This document shows positions 50,875-61,260 of a DNA stretch of 64,000 nt, piece by piece. Positions within the stretch are counted from its first letter, which is position 1. Each line of letters opens with the position of its first letter. The translations under genes and the position numbers were made by a program. Origin of the DNA: a bacterium (GTDB taxonomy: Bacteria; Hinthialibacterota; Hinthialibacteria; Hinthialibacterales; Hinthialibacteraceae); assembly GCA_963663405.2 (NCBI GenBank), contig CAXXSM010000025.1:36347-100346 (forward strand), written 5' to 3'. The notes beneath the pieces were generated by a model. It was not told where the DNA came from. It saw nothing but the letters and a program-made list of their open reading frames with translations, and ran no database searches.

Positions 50875-51440
50875 TTTCTTTTTCTACCACGCCGCTTCAG
50901 AGCTCTTGTCACGGGGCAATTCCTTCTATCATACTATCTATAGGCGCAATGATTCATAACTATTTCGCCCTCAAATCCCTTTAGAGAAAATTACATGAAA
51001 CGGGCGCAGAAGGTTATTTTATCATATTATTTTTAATGCTCTTATTCTATATGTGATACCGGTTCTCTATGCGGCGGAAAATCGATCGCCGACCAATGTC
51101 GGAGGCCGGTACGGAAGACACTTGCGGCGAAAATCGCTTTTGTTGTATTTGTCCTCTTGCTACTCGGTTTTTATTATTTCTACCTTCGCCGCATACCCAC
51201 GGAAAAACAGTTGAAGAAAAAAAGAAAAAAAAAGAAATTTTAGATTCTTTCAAGGCCGATCTGCAAATTTATCTCAGACTTCCTCCACGCCTTGAAAGAA
51301 TTTGTAGTAACAAAATTCCAAATATATTTGGCTAGGTAATTCTTTATATTCTTTACATGTAACAATCTCAAAATATAGAATCAGTATAATCCCAGAGAAG
51401 TAAGGCGTATTCAAAAACTAGAGGAAGGGAAAAGGGAAAG

Positions 51441-52943
51441 ATGAAACGTACCCCATTTTTCAGTAAAGCGATCATTGTTGGATTGGCGGCGCTTGCCGCA
51501 GGAAACCTTGGCTGGGCGCAATCCGTTATCGTAAATAGTGAGGGGGGAGCGGATTATACAACAATCGGCGCGGCGTTGGACGCTGTGAGAAGCGACGCCG
51601 CCGAACCCAATGTGATCACCATCACCGGTGGAGGCCCATATGAGGAAGGGATTCTAATTGATATCCCCATTACGATCCGGGGAGAATCAGCGGATGACCG
51701 TCCGATCGTTCTTCTTAAACAAGTGGGAGGAAGTGTCCGGGGTGAACATGGCGTCGTCAACACCGCCGCGGTGGACATCACATTGGAAAACCTGATCTTT
51801 ATTCCATCAACAGCTGAACCCCTGACAAAAAGAGCGATTTGTTTCGAACCTCTCGCCGACAGCGACGATTTTGATATTACAATCCGGAACGTTCTGGTCT
51901 CGGCGAACGATGGTTCCAACCAGCCGCTTTCAGTCGATGGGATGGAATTGATGTTTCCCAGCGCGGAGAACTCCGTGCCGTTTCAAGATGACGGAATCTG
52001 GGTATTAGCGTCGTTTTACCGGCCAAATGGAACCATTGATGTGTTATTAGAAGATGTAATCGTAACGCACTGCGATTCGGGGAAAGATCCGGATATGATA
52101 ACCGCCAACTCCGACGGTTTCGTAATCGGCGGTATTAATATGACGTTCACTATGCGAAATGTTGTTTCTTCCTACAACGACCGCTACGGCATTCAGATCA
52201 TCTCAGCGGATGTAGATCCCGATCCCGTGACGTACACCCCCATCGCAAATCTTGAAGGCACTCCGGAACAGCCCATTATCTTCAAAGGAAACGGCTCACA
52301 GGGAATCCAGAGCTGGACAGGCGAGAATCATTGGAGTTACGTCCACCTGATTGAAAATCCTCAAGGCGTCCGGATCGATGTTTATTCCAACACACTCGAA
52401 GCTGATCACCTTCTCTTCGTAGACAGCACGGAAGCCATCAATCTCTACCGTTATCCCCCGACAGAGGATGAGGTTCTCTATCAAATCAGCGACAGTACGT
52501 TCTTCCGGAGTAGTGAAACGGATATTCTTATCAATCCTACAGTGGATGACGCGGCGATTCTCAATCAATACGGCGCGTTCACGATGGAATTAACGGATTG
52601 TGTCGTAGCGGGAACGATGGTGTTCCTGGTCAATTCCACTTTCGAAGTAATCCCGGAAGGCTTTACCGAATTTCCCACCGTGATCTATAAGAATAGCGCG
52701 CTGGTGGAAGAAGGGGATCATTCCGTCTTCGTCGATTTCGAAGGGATTCCCGTCAATCCGGTTTTAGAGAACACGATCGGCGCCGATCCAGAATTCGTAT
52801 CGATTGAACCGGGGAATGACGGTTATCTCCGTGTTTCCGCGGACGCCTACCGGACCGCCTCGTCCGATGGAGGGATCCTTCGCGGCGCGATGCCCTTCGC
52901 GGGAGAACCGGTTCCAGTGCGTGATTGGATGATGTACGAATAA
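51441..52943 (+). CDS. Secreted beta-helix-like (pectin-lyase-fold) protein; C-terminus VPVRDWMMYE
   Basis: Signal peptide ending GWA|Q; VN.EGGADY.TI.AA; GPYEE; DG...S.N..YG repeats; ADP.F tail. Confidence 0.8.
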   Translation: MKRTPFFSKAIIVGLAALAAGNLGWAQSVIVNSEGGADYTTIGAALDAVRSDAAEPNVITITGGGPYEEGILIDIPITIRGESADDRPIVLLKQVGGSVRGEHGVVNTAAVDITLENLIFIPSTAEPLTKRAICFEPLADSDDFDITIRNVLVSANDGSNQPLSVDGMELMFPSAENSVPFQDDGIWVLASFYRPNGTIDVLLEDVIVTHCDSGKDPDMITANSDGFVIGGINMTFTMRNVVSSYNDRYGIQIISADVDPDPVTYTPIANLEGTPEQPIIFKGNGSQGIQSWTGENHWSYVHLIENPQGVRIDVYSNTLEADHLLFVDSTEAINLYRYPPTEDEVLYQISDSTFFRSSETDILINPTVDDAAILNQYGAFTMELTDCVVAGTMVFLVNSTFEVIPEGFTEFPTVIYKNSALVEEGDHSVFVDFEGIPVNPVLENTIGADPEFVSIEPGNDGYLRVSADAYRTASSDGGILRGAMPFAGEPVPVRDWMMYE

Positions 52944-53008
52944 GAAACATGCGCGATTTTGTGAATGCGTGAGGTATGAGAATGAAACCTTTGGGGGATT
53001 GTTGATAC

Positions 53009-54154
53009 GTGCGAAATTCTTCTTGGCGGGCGCTGATTCCCTGCGCAATCGTTTTGACGTTTACTCTGCTTCCATTATGGTTGTATTGGAATCAGCCCAC
53101 CGAAGATCTTTTCGACGCCGCGCTGCGGCGAATCGCCACAGAACCAGATATTCAAGCCCCGCTGGAAAAAGCGGAATCGTTTATTAAATTTTTTCTCAAA
53201 GGGGGAGGAGCAAGCGCGCAGCGGTATGCGGCGGACTTTCACTTCCGGATTGGAGAAGCGATTCACACGCGGCCGGATACACGCTATCTCGAAACCGCTC
53301 TCACGCATTACGAAACCGCGGTGAAATTGTATCCTTCTTTACGGCATGGCTGGCCATTCTATCAAATGGGCGTCATCCAGGAGAAGATGAATCGGCTGGG
53401 CGCGTCAATTCACTCCTATCAACAGGTCGCTCTCTACGATGATGGTCAGCTCGCCATTGAGGCGGGTTTCCGAATCGCCACGTTGTATGTGAAGACCGAA
53501 AAATCTCCTCTGCCCGCCTTCGATCTGTATAATTACTTTCGATTTGCAGCGGATGACGTTCTTTCGTCCGCTCTCCTATTCGCTGAAGCGGAATTGGACC
53601 AAGAAGATTACGGGTATTACATCAAAAGCCTGATCGCCCGCGCGCGGAATCAAACAGAGGAGGAAAAACGATTACTATCGAAATTCCGCGAACAGTTTCC
53701 TTCCGATCCCAGCGCCGCGTTCCGGCTTGATGAATTAATGGAACGGCCTTTGCATCCCGCGTATCCCCTAGATGGGGATTTAATCCGTTCTTGTTACGCT
53801 CCCCTCGCGTACCGGAATGGAGGGCTTTACTTTCAGGAAGGGGGAAGGATGATCGCGGATTTCTACTATCCCGAAAACGTTAACGGCCCCGTAACCATTC
53901 GCGGCGTTTTAGCGGAACCCTATCCGGAAAGTGTATTCATTGATCTTAACCTGAACGGGGAAGCAAAATCCGTCAAACTAACGGGTGGAACACAACAGGT
54001 GTTTTCGGTCACTTTCGATTCAACAAAAAAACGCAACCTTCTACAGATCAGCCTGATCCGTCTTGCCACTCCCGCTCAATCGGAAGGCAAACCTTCCTTT
54101 TTAATCTTGCGCGAGTTGAAAGCATTGCGAACACATGAGGAGATGCGTTCGTGA
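53009..54154 (+). CDS. Membrane-anchored TPR-like protein
   Basis: N-terminal TM; helical repeats A..HYE.AV.LYP and FYQMG.I.E; stop overlaps the flippase start. Confidence 0.7.
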   Translation: MRNSSWRALIPCAIVLTFTLLPLWLYWNQPTEDLFDAALRRIATEPDIQAPLEKAESFIKFFLKGGGASAQRYAADFHFRIGEAIHTRPDTRYLETALTHYETAVKLYPSLRHGWPFYQMGVIQEKMNRLGASIHSYQQVALYDDGQLAIEAGFRIATLYVKTEKSPLPAFDLYNYFRFAADDVLSSALLFAEAELDQEDYGYYIKSLIARARNQTEEEKRLLSKFREQFPSDPSAAFRLDELMERPLHPAYPLDGDLIRSCYAPLAYRNGGLYFQEGGRMIADFYYPENVNGPVTIRGVLAEPYPESVFIDLNLNGEAKSVKLTGGTQQVFSVTFDSTKKRNLLQISLIRLATPAQSEGKPSFLILRELKALRTHEEMRS

Positions 54155-55569
54155 AACCACTCGTCCGCAATTCGATTTTCATGGGTTTGTTTAACATTTT
54201 CGGGCGCTCGTCAGGATTTATCCGGTATTTGCTATTGGTCGGTTTTTTATCGGATGAGCATTTCTCCCAAATCACCTTCGCGCTCAACATTGGATTAATC
54301 GGCCGTCATTTTATGGATGGCGGATTGGATAATCTTGTCTCAAGGGATGGCGCCCGTGATTACGGGAAGGTTCCCACATTCTATATTCACGCTCTCGCGA
54401 TCAAAATGGTGATGGGAGCGATCTTCTTTTGCGGGGCGTTTGTATATCTCTATTGGATTCGCCATATTTCCTGGATGGAAATCGCGATTGTTTATGTGGC
54501 GTTGTGTGGCTCATCGATGCTCTCGCTGACCGGCGTTATTCGCAGCTGTTTCACCGCGATCGAGAGGATGGAGTATTTTTTCTACACCAACATGCCCGCA
54601 AGAACGATCTCTATCTTGCTGTTATTCCTGGCGTTGTGGTATTCAATGCCACTCGTCTTCGCGGCGGCGGCGATCTCCATGGAAAATTTGATCTGGTTTT
54701 TCATCCTGGGAAGCGTCTCGCTGCGGTTTTTCAAATTGACCCACGTCAATTTTTCGTTCTCCACGATCCGGTATATGATCGCCGAATCCTGGCCGTTGGC
54801 GCTTTATTGTTTTTTTAACATCCTCTATCTGCGGTTGGATGTGATGATGATCGAATATCTGATGGATGATATTTACGCCGTCGGTCCCTACACGTATTCG
54901 AGTCTTCTCTTGGAAGGCGTAACAATGCTGTTTTCGGGGTATTTCATTGCGATCTATCCAGCTCTTTCCCGGCTCTATACAACCGATTTTGATGCCTACC
55001 GCCGCTTATTTCGTCAGTCTGTTATTATCGTTATGGCATTTTCAATGCCTTTATCAATCGTGCTCAGTTTTTGGGCGCACGATTGGATGAACTTCATCAA
55101 GGAAACCGGCGAAGTTTCCGGACAAGTTCTCCGCATCCTCGCAATCAACCTGAATTTGAGTATGTTAAACACGCTCGCGATTATCGTCTTTACATCCTGC
55201 AACCGGCAGCGCTGGCTGGTTTTATTTACCGGGATCGCGGTTGTGACTTCGTTTCTTTCCAACCTATGGTTGATTCCCATACTTCAACAACCTGGAGCCG
55301 CGCTTGCGTCGTTGCTTTCACAAATATTTTTGTTTATTATCATGGTGACTGTCTCACGGATATTCTTTGATTTACGTTTCCCTGTGCGGAAACCACTGGA
55401 GATTCTTTCCATATCGCTCCTGTCGGGCGCTGGAGTTTGGATCATTCCTGGATTGCCGCTGCTTGTGAAACCATTTGTGTTTGTTGGATTTCTTGGATTA
55501 TCTGCGTATGTGTTTTCTGTGATTACTGTTAATGAGGTTCAGCGGTATTGGAAAGTGTTGAGGAAATAA
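54151..55569 (+). CDS. Wzx-type oligosaccharide flippase
   Basis: LVRNS..., DGGLD.LVSRD.AR, YLRLD.MM, YP.LSRLY, GAALA; about 12-14 TM segments. Confidence 0.85.
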   Translation: MKPLVRNSIFMGLFNIFGRSSGFIRYLLLVGFLSDEHFSQITFALNIGLIGRHFMDGGLDNLVSRDGARDYGKVPTFYIHALAIKMVMGAIFFCGAFVYLYWIRHISWMEIAIVYVALCGSSMLSLTGVIRSCFTAIERMEYFFYTNMPARTISILLLFLALWYSMPLVFAAAAISMENLIWFFILGSVSLRFFKLTHVNFSFSTIRYMIAESWPLALYCFFNILYLRLDVMMIEYLMDDIYAVGPYTYSSLLLEGVTMLFSGYFIAIYPALSRLYTTDFDAYRRLFRQSVIIVMAFSMPLSIVLSFWAHDWMNFIKETGEVSGQVLRILAINLNLSMLNTLAIIVFTSCNRQRWLVLFTGIAVVTSFLSNLWLIPILQQPGAALASLLSQIFLFIIMVTVSRIFFDLRFPVRKPLEILSISLLSGAGVWIIPGLPLLVKPFVFVGFLGLSAYVFSVITVNEVQRYWKVLRK

Positions 55570-55573
55570 GTTT

Positions 55574-55599
55574 TCACGGGCGGGGACGCCCGTGGTCCA
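55574..55599 (-). repeat. REP-like 26-mer TGGA.CRCGGGCGTCCCCGCCCGTGA (copy 1)
   Basis: CACGGGCG-GGGA-CGCCCGTG palindrome between convergent genes; matches the copies at 59312 and 59365. Confidence 0.75.
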
Positions 55600-56637
55600 T
55601 TATTCTGAATAGAGGCTTTCGTTGGCGCTCCAGGCTTCGAGGATCTGTTTGGGGGTGGCTGTGCCGGTTGTTCCGAGTTGACGGATTGTAATCGAAGCGA
55701 CAAGATTCCCAATGACAGCCGCTTCCGGTGGCGTTGCGCCTGACGCTAGAGAAGAGACAATGCCGGCGGTGACGCTGTCCCCCGCGCCGACAATATCAAT
55801 GGGGCCCGTGACAGGAGGACAAGGAACGATGGTTTCTCCTTTTTCCGTAACCGGGCAGATACCTTCTTTATCCAATGTGAGAAAAACGGCGCGCCCGGTC
55901 TGTTTCCGTATCGTATGGGCCGATTCAATCGCAAGAGGGGTAGGGCATTCGCCCTCATGACTGAGTTGTGCCGCGCAGACGGCTTCAAAACGGTTGGGTT
56001 TGATGATTACATTTTTGAATTCTCCAATACGCTCACGTGAATCGGCGAAGAAAACCGTGTTTGAACATCGGGGAGCGAAATCCGCGAGGAAATCCCGGAC
56101 GCGATCCGTTAAAATCCCGCAGTTACGTTCTTGGACTTGATCGGCGATAATTACCGCGTCCGCGCTGGGCGCCACTTTCTCCAAATGGTCAATCAGTTCC
56201 GTTTCCAAAGATTCCGCGAGAATGTCCCGGTTTTTGATATCCTGCCGTTCGAGTTCTTCTTCGCCATCGGGCAACTGAAGCATAGGTTTCGTATAGGTGG
56301 GAGTGAATCGGCCGGGTGAGACGATGATCTGAGAGATATCCACGCGCCGTGCTTCGAGCGCGTTCCGCAGTTCGTACCCTTCCCCATCATCACCGATGAC
56401 CGTCACGGCGATCATTTGTCCGGCGCCTAGATCGCTGAGATTATTGCAGACCGTGCCCGCCGCGCCGGGTTGGGGCCGTTTACCAACGACCTGATACGCG
56501 GTTTTGCCTGTTTCGATTGAGATTTCATTCAATTGGGGATCGATTTCGAGGTAGCGGTCAAGGAAAAAATCCCCCAGGATCACGATCCGAAGTTGAGAGA
56601 ATCGATTCAAAATTTCTTGCAGGCGTTCTGTGTTCAT
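55600..56637 (-). CDS. PfkB family kinase, RfaE/HldE domain I-like
   Basis: ILGD.FLD.Y, PGAAG.V, IKPN..E, DIVGAGDSV. Confidence 0.85.
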   Translation of the reverse strand: MNTERLQEILNRFSQLRIVILGDFFLDRYLEIDPQLNEISIETGKTAYQVVGKRPQPGAAGTVCNNLSDLGAGQMIAVTVIGDDGEGYELRNALEARRVDISQIIVSPGRFTPTYTKPMLQLPDGEEELERQDIKNRDILAESLETELIDHLEKVAPSADAVIIADQVQERNCGILTDRVRDFLADFAPRCSNTVFFADSRERIGEFKNVIIKPNRFEAVCAAQLSHEGECPTPLAIESAHTIRKQTGRAVFLTLDKEGICPVTEKGETIVPCPPVTGPIDIVGAGDSVTAGIVSSLASGATPPEAAVIGNLVASITIRQLGTTGTATPKQILEAWSANESLYSE

Positions 56638-56710
56638 ACTAATTTAATTAACCTTTGATGCAGTCAAGAGTTGATTAGACAATCAGCAATCTTTTTTTTT
56701 AATACATTTG

Positions 56711-57559
56711 TTATACGCTAAAAAGATAGTCTAACAAGGGGCCAGTTTCCCCGAAATGAGGAATGATCAAGTCTGCTTTCACACCAATGAGGCGGCCACG
56801 TTTCCATTCATCCACACCCGTTTTCCGAACTTCATCGGCGGCGACTCCAACCGCGATTCCGCCTACTTCTTTGGTGTTTTCAATCTCGACGTATCCATCC
56901 CCGAATGTTAGAAGTTCGGTTCCAGAGAGGTTGTTTTTCTCGATTAACTTTTGGATGATCATTTTTTTGGAAAAACTTTTATAGTCATCCAACGCGCCGT
57001 AGATATGCTCACCGAAATATTGCGCGACGTTTAAGACAGAGGCTTCATCCTGGACGAAGGGCAGGTCTGTTCCGCTTGCGAGATAGCAGGTCACGCCCCG
57101 TTCTTTCAAACCATTCAGAATATCATACGCGCCGGGAACAATGTGATCTTCGGGTTTCAACGCGCCGGATTTCAATCCAGAGACCCGGTGTTCGATCCGT
57201 TCCCAGAGGAGATCGAGGTAGATGTGTTTGTATTCGATAGGTTCTTTGGCGATGGCGCCGCGTTTTTCGATCTCTTCTTTGAGCGCCATCATTTGGAAGA
57301 TGGTCTGTTTACCTGTCAGCCGGGTGACGAATTCTTCTACGATTTCGGTCAATTCTTCTTCGCTTTCATCCGTGTCCGTCTCTTTAAGGAATTGAACGCA
57401 CATCGGGATCATCACTTTTTGCCAACCTTCGCGAATCAAAGAAATTGTGCCGTCGAAATCAAACAGCGCATGCTGAATTTTCCCCCGTTCAATTTTATCG
57501 TTAATGATTTCAATTTCTGTTCCAGGCAGGTAGTTACGGGATTGAGAGGCTGTATTCAT
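56711..57559 (-). CDS. HAD family hydrolase
   Basis: FDFDGT, LASGT, FGDG..E. Confidence 0.88.
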   Translation of the reverse strand: MNTASQSRNYLPGTEIEIINDKIERGKIQHALFDFDGTISLIREGWQKVMIPMCVQFLKETDTDESEEELTEIVEEFVTRLTGKQTIFQMMALKEEIEKRGAIAKEPIEYKHIYLDLLWERIEHRVSGLKSGALKPEDHIVPGAYDILNGLKERGVTCYLASGTDLPFVQDEASVLNVAQYFGEHIYGALDDYKSFSKKMIIQKLIEKNNLSGTELLTFGDGYVEIENTKEVGGIAVGVAADEVRKTGVDEWKRGRLIGVKADLIIPHFGETGPLLDYLFSV

Positions 57560-57873
57560 CGTTATTACACTCTTTTCTTTTAAAAACGGTATTAAAAACG
57601 GTTATATGCTGAAAAGAAATTAATATACACCAAGAAAGGAGTAATAGTAAGGTATCATATATATTACTATACAATTCAGATAATCCTGATGGAACCGATA
57701 TGCGCTGTCTCGACGAGCAAGAGATTAGAAGATATTGAAAAAATGGATATATTCTATCGGAGAATTGAGACGAGAGAGAAAAGGCGCTACTATATCTATA
57801 GGAGAAAAATCCACATTTTGGTAATTACAAACATTTTCATTCTATGATGTGAAACAATAGTTGAGGTGAAGAA

Positions 57874-58074
57874 ATGGAAAAAAAACAAGGAAATAAAAAA
57901 GAATTTGATAAGCGTATCGCATCGAAATTACTGAAGATATCCGCGGTTTCGATGGTCATCATTGGAATTATCACTTTTTTCGCAATCGATCGAACGATTG
58001 GATCAATTTTGTTCTTTGTGGGGATCATGGATTGGGGAGCGGCTATTTTTTTGAGTACATGGTTCAAGCAATGA
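57874..58074 (+). CDS. Small two-TM hypothetical protein
   Basis: GAGGTG RBS; two hydrophobic helices. Confidence 0.55.
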   Translation: MEKKQGNKKEFDKRIASKLLKISAVSMVIIGIITFFAIDRTIGSILFFVGIMDWGAAIFLSTWFKQ

Positions 58075-58193
58075 CATGGCGATTAAATGGTCATGAAGGC
58101 ATAAATCTACTATATTTATAAATATATAACTTGAGGTTACGGTGTCTTGCCGTATCATCACTATTTTTTATTAAGGGTATGAGGAAAAACTTG

Positions 58194-59276
58194 ATGACAC
58201 CAATTGATTTGATCTATAAGCATATACTTCGCCCATTTCTTTTCCAATTCGATCCCGAAACCATTCATGAATACGCGCTTGAAAAAATCGAACAGACACG
58301 TTTTGTCAAACCTCTCATAAAAAACCTTTTAACAAAATCCGATCCTCGCTTACGGCGTGAAATCTGGGGGCTGACATTTGACAATCCAGTCGGACTGGCG
58401 GGTGGATTTGACAAGAATGGGATCTGCGCCGGTCTTTGGGACGCGTTTGGTTTTTCGTTTTATGAGATCGGGACGGTAACCCCTCTTACCCAGGCGGGAA
58501 ATCCCAAACCCCGCCTGTTCCGGTATCCAGATCGCAAAGCGCTGGTCAACCGGATGGGATTCAACAATCACGGCGCGATCCGAATCGCGCAACGCCTTGA
58601 TCGAATCAAAGACCGGTTGGAGGATTCTACAGCGGTTATCGGAATTAGCTTGGGTAAACAAAAAGAAACGCCCCCGGAAGATTTGGAGCGTACCGCTGGA
58701 GATTATCTGACCGTTTTAGACACACTGCATCCCTATGGCGATTTTTTCGTAGTCAATGTCAGTTCTCCCAATACAGAAAACTTGAGAACACTGCAACAAG
58801 CGGACCAGCTGAAGCCGTTTCTCTCTCCCCTTTTAGAAACGTTAGATAAACGGGGAGGCGGGAAGGGGAATGGCGGACGAAAACCGCTTCTTGTCAAACT
58901 GGCTCCCGATCTATCCAACGAAGAGATTGATGAAGCGGTGTATGTGATTTGCGAACTGGGGGTGGATGGCGTGATCGCCACAAACACCACAAACCAGACA
59001 GGAGAGGATGAAAGCGGAGGATTAAGTGGACAGCCTCTGCGCAAACGGTCCACTGAAGTGATCCGGCGCATTGCCCAGCAGACCAAAGGCCAGCTGCCAA
59101 TCATCGGCTGCGGAGGCGTTTTCACCGCCGAAGACGCGATTGAACACATAAAAGCCGGCGCGTGGCTCGTTCAGGTGTATACTGGTTTTGTTTATGAAGG
59201 GCCAACGATCGCAAACAAAATCAATCAGGGACTTATCCATTATTTGAATGAAGAAAAACTAGAGAGATTTATATAG
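58194..59276 (+). CDS. pyrD: Quinone-dependent dihydroorotate dehydrogenase (class 2)
   Basis: DPE.IH, NPVGLAGGFDKNG, GNPKPRLFR, NRMGFNN, NVSSPNT, VKLAPD, TNTT, GGLSG. Confidence 0.96.
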   Translation: MTPIDLIYKHILRPFLFQFDPETIHEYALEKIEQTRFVKPLIKNLLTKSDPRLRREIWGLTFDNPVGLAGGFDKNGICAGLWDAFGFSFYEIGTVTPLTQAGNPKPRLFRYPDRKALVNRMGFNNHGAIRIAQRLDRIKDRLEDSTAVIGISLGKQKETPPEDLERTAGDYLTVLDTLHPYGDFFVVNVSSPNTENLRTLQQADQLKPFLSPLLETLDKRGGGKGNGGRKPLLVKLAPDLSNEEIDEAVYVICELGVDGVIATNTTNQTGEDESGGLSGQPLRKRSTEVIRRIAQQTKGQLPIIGCGGVFTAEDAIEHIKAGAWLVQVYTGFVYEGPTIANKINQGLIHYLNEEKLERFI

Positions 59277-59280
59277 GTGT

Positions 59281-59390
59281 TTAGGTAGAAGACTGAAGGC
59301 TGAAGGAAGAATGGAGCGCGGGCGTCCCCGCCCGTGATTGTATGATAAAGTAAGATGCAAATAATGGAACACGGGCATCCTCACCCGTGA
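59281..59390 (+). repeat. Repeat cluster: GAAGGYT heptamer element plus two REP-like 26-mers (59312-59337, 59365-59390)
   Basis: TTAGGTA GAAGACT GAAGGCT GAAGG; TGGAGCGCGGGCGTCCCCGCCCGTGA; TGGAACACGGGCATCCTCACCCGTGA. Confidence 0.75.
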
Positions 59391-59413
59391 TATAACCGCC
59401 GGTTAGGTTTTCA

Positions 59414-61260
59414 ATGGAAAACATCCGCGCAAAGACACGTCCAATGATATTCTGATACGCAACCTGGAAGCGCTTTGTGAATTCCTGCCGGAAGAGAAGC
59501 GTGGACTGGATTTTGTCGAGAATCTTTCTATCACGGCGGATTCTTCTCAAAGGAAACTATATGCACCGCCGTCATTCGGTTTACTTCTCAAAATAGAGAG
59601 CGAGAGTGGCGTTTTCCCCGTAATGGATTCACACACCGGCGTTCCCTGCGCGCGGTACGCGGGTTACGATCCGCAATCTCAATGGCTGCTCCTTATGGGT
59701 GTAGACGCGCTTTGTCCGGATTGTCTGCGGCGCGTTGTCACGTCTCAATACAGCCCTGCGCTGATTATTGAACCGGATTGGGAAACCTTCCTGGCGTATT
59801 CCTCCCTTTTTTCTTACGAGGAATTGATACGGGATCATTCATTGTATTGGTTTCTCGATCGGGATTGTTTTTCTGACGCGCTGACTTCGCTGGACGCTCT
59901 TTTAGAACCTTACTTAATCACTTGTTCGTCAATTCATTTGATTATCGGTCAGGTAATCGCGGCGAATTCATCAACAGCTTTGCATTCCTTTCTTTCAACT
60001 TTAAAAACTCGATTTAATGAGAAGCGGCAGGAGATTAAGAAACTTACCTCAGCGTTTCATACAAAATATCAATCCAAACCGTATACGCCTTCAAAAACCG
60101 TGATGGTGATCGAACCGGCGGTGAGTTGTTGGATTCAATTGGGAAATGGCCTAGCGAGTGGTTTTCGCGGCAATGGATATGAAGTAGTGGAATTGCAGGT
60201 TAATTTTCCACCCTCGTCGATCACACCGTATGATTCGCTGAAATTGTTGCTGGAAGTTCGCCGTTTATGTCCTGATTATATTATCACTCTGAGTCATCCA
60301 CCGGATCTTTTCGTTCATGGAATCGATGATGTTCCTATACCCCGGTTAATCTGGTATGTCGATGAGCCAGATCATTTGCTGCAAGTCCAGCATGGATCAT
60401 ACGACTATTTGTTTCCAGTGTGGGAGGATTTTAAGGAGAAACTTCGTTCGCGGGGCGGTCGTTTGCTGGATGAAATCCCTGTCGCGGGATTTCCACATAC
60501 ATTCATACAAAAAATGAATACACCTGTGAGGTCGGATTCGTTGGAACGATTCGAAACACACAGCCGGTCTTTCAACAACTCCCCCACGAACTGACGCAAA
60601 GAATTGACACGATGGTGGACGAGAAACTTGACGCGGTCAAAACGGAATTTTCGACTTTATTTAAACTCTATGAGATTACACCAAACGATTTAAATACATT
60701 GATTACCATCCTCACGAAGGATTATCAACGGTATGGAATGACAGACGAGCAAACGTTCCTTTTTTTTCTGCATATCGAATGCGCGCGGCGCAGACGCGTC
60801 CGTCTGCTGGAATCGCTGAGTGAATTCGATATAAAAATCTATGGAAACGCGGATTGGGAAGTCGTTCTAGTTGGAACCAAGATAGAAAGCGCATTTCAGA
60901 AAAAAACATTGCCGCTGGATGAATGCTATAATTTCTATCATTCCGCAAAGATCACCCTAAGCGTTCATCCCTCCTATATCCATAGTGGGCCAACGCTCAG
61001 GGAGATGGATATAGTCCAATGCGATGGATTTACGCTATCCGATATGGGTATCCACGCGGGAAAACGAATGGAGGAGTTCTTCAAACCAGGCTCTGAGATC
61101 GCCTTATTTAAAACGAAACGGATCTTCCGAAAAAGTTGAACACTATCTTGAACGGCCTGAAGAAAGAAAATCGATAACGGAAGCGGCTAAAGCTAGAATC
61201 CACCAGGATCATCATTATACAAAAAGAGTGGAACAGATGCTTTCTTTATTACGCAAATGA
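59414..61260 (+). CDS. CgeB-like glycosyltransferase with a Maf-like N-terminus (several indels; start approximate)
   Basis: RNLEAL; IIEPD; WYVDEP; IKIYG..DW, FYHSAKI.L, HHY.KR across pieces 59623..60594, 60612..61139 and 61024..61260. Confidence 0.7.

Noticed and set aside
580-52943. W-motif as a BAM beta-signal of outer-membrane barrels
   Set aside because: Carriers are propellers and beta-helices without a barrel domain, and the tail lacks the alternating hydrophobic pattern; three copies do not end in an aromatic residue.
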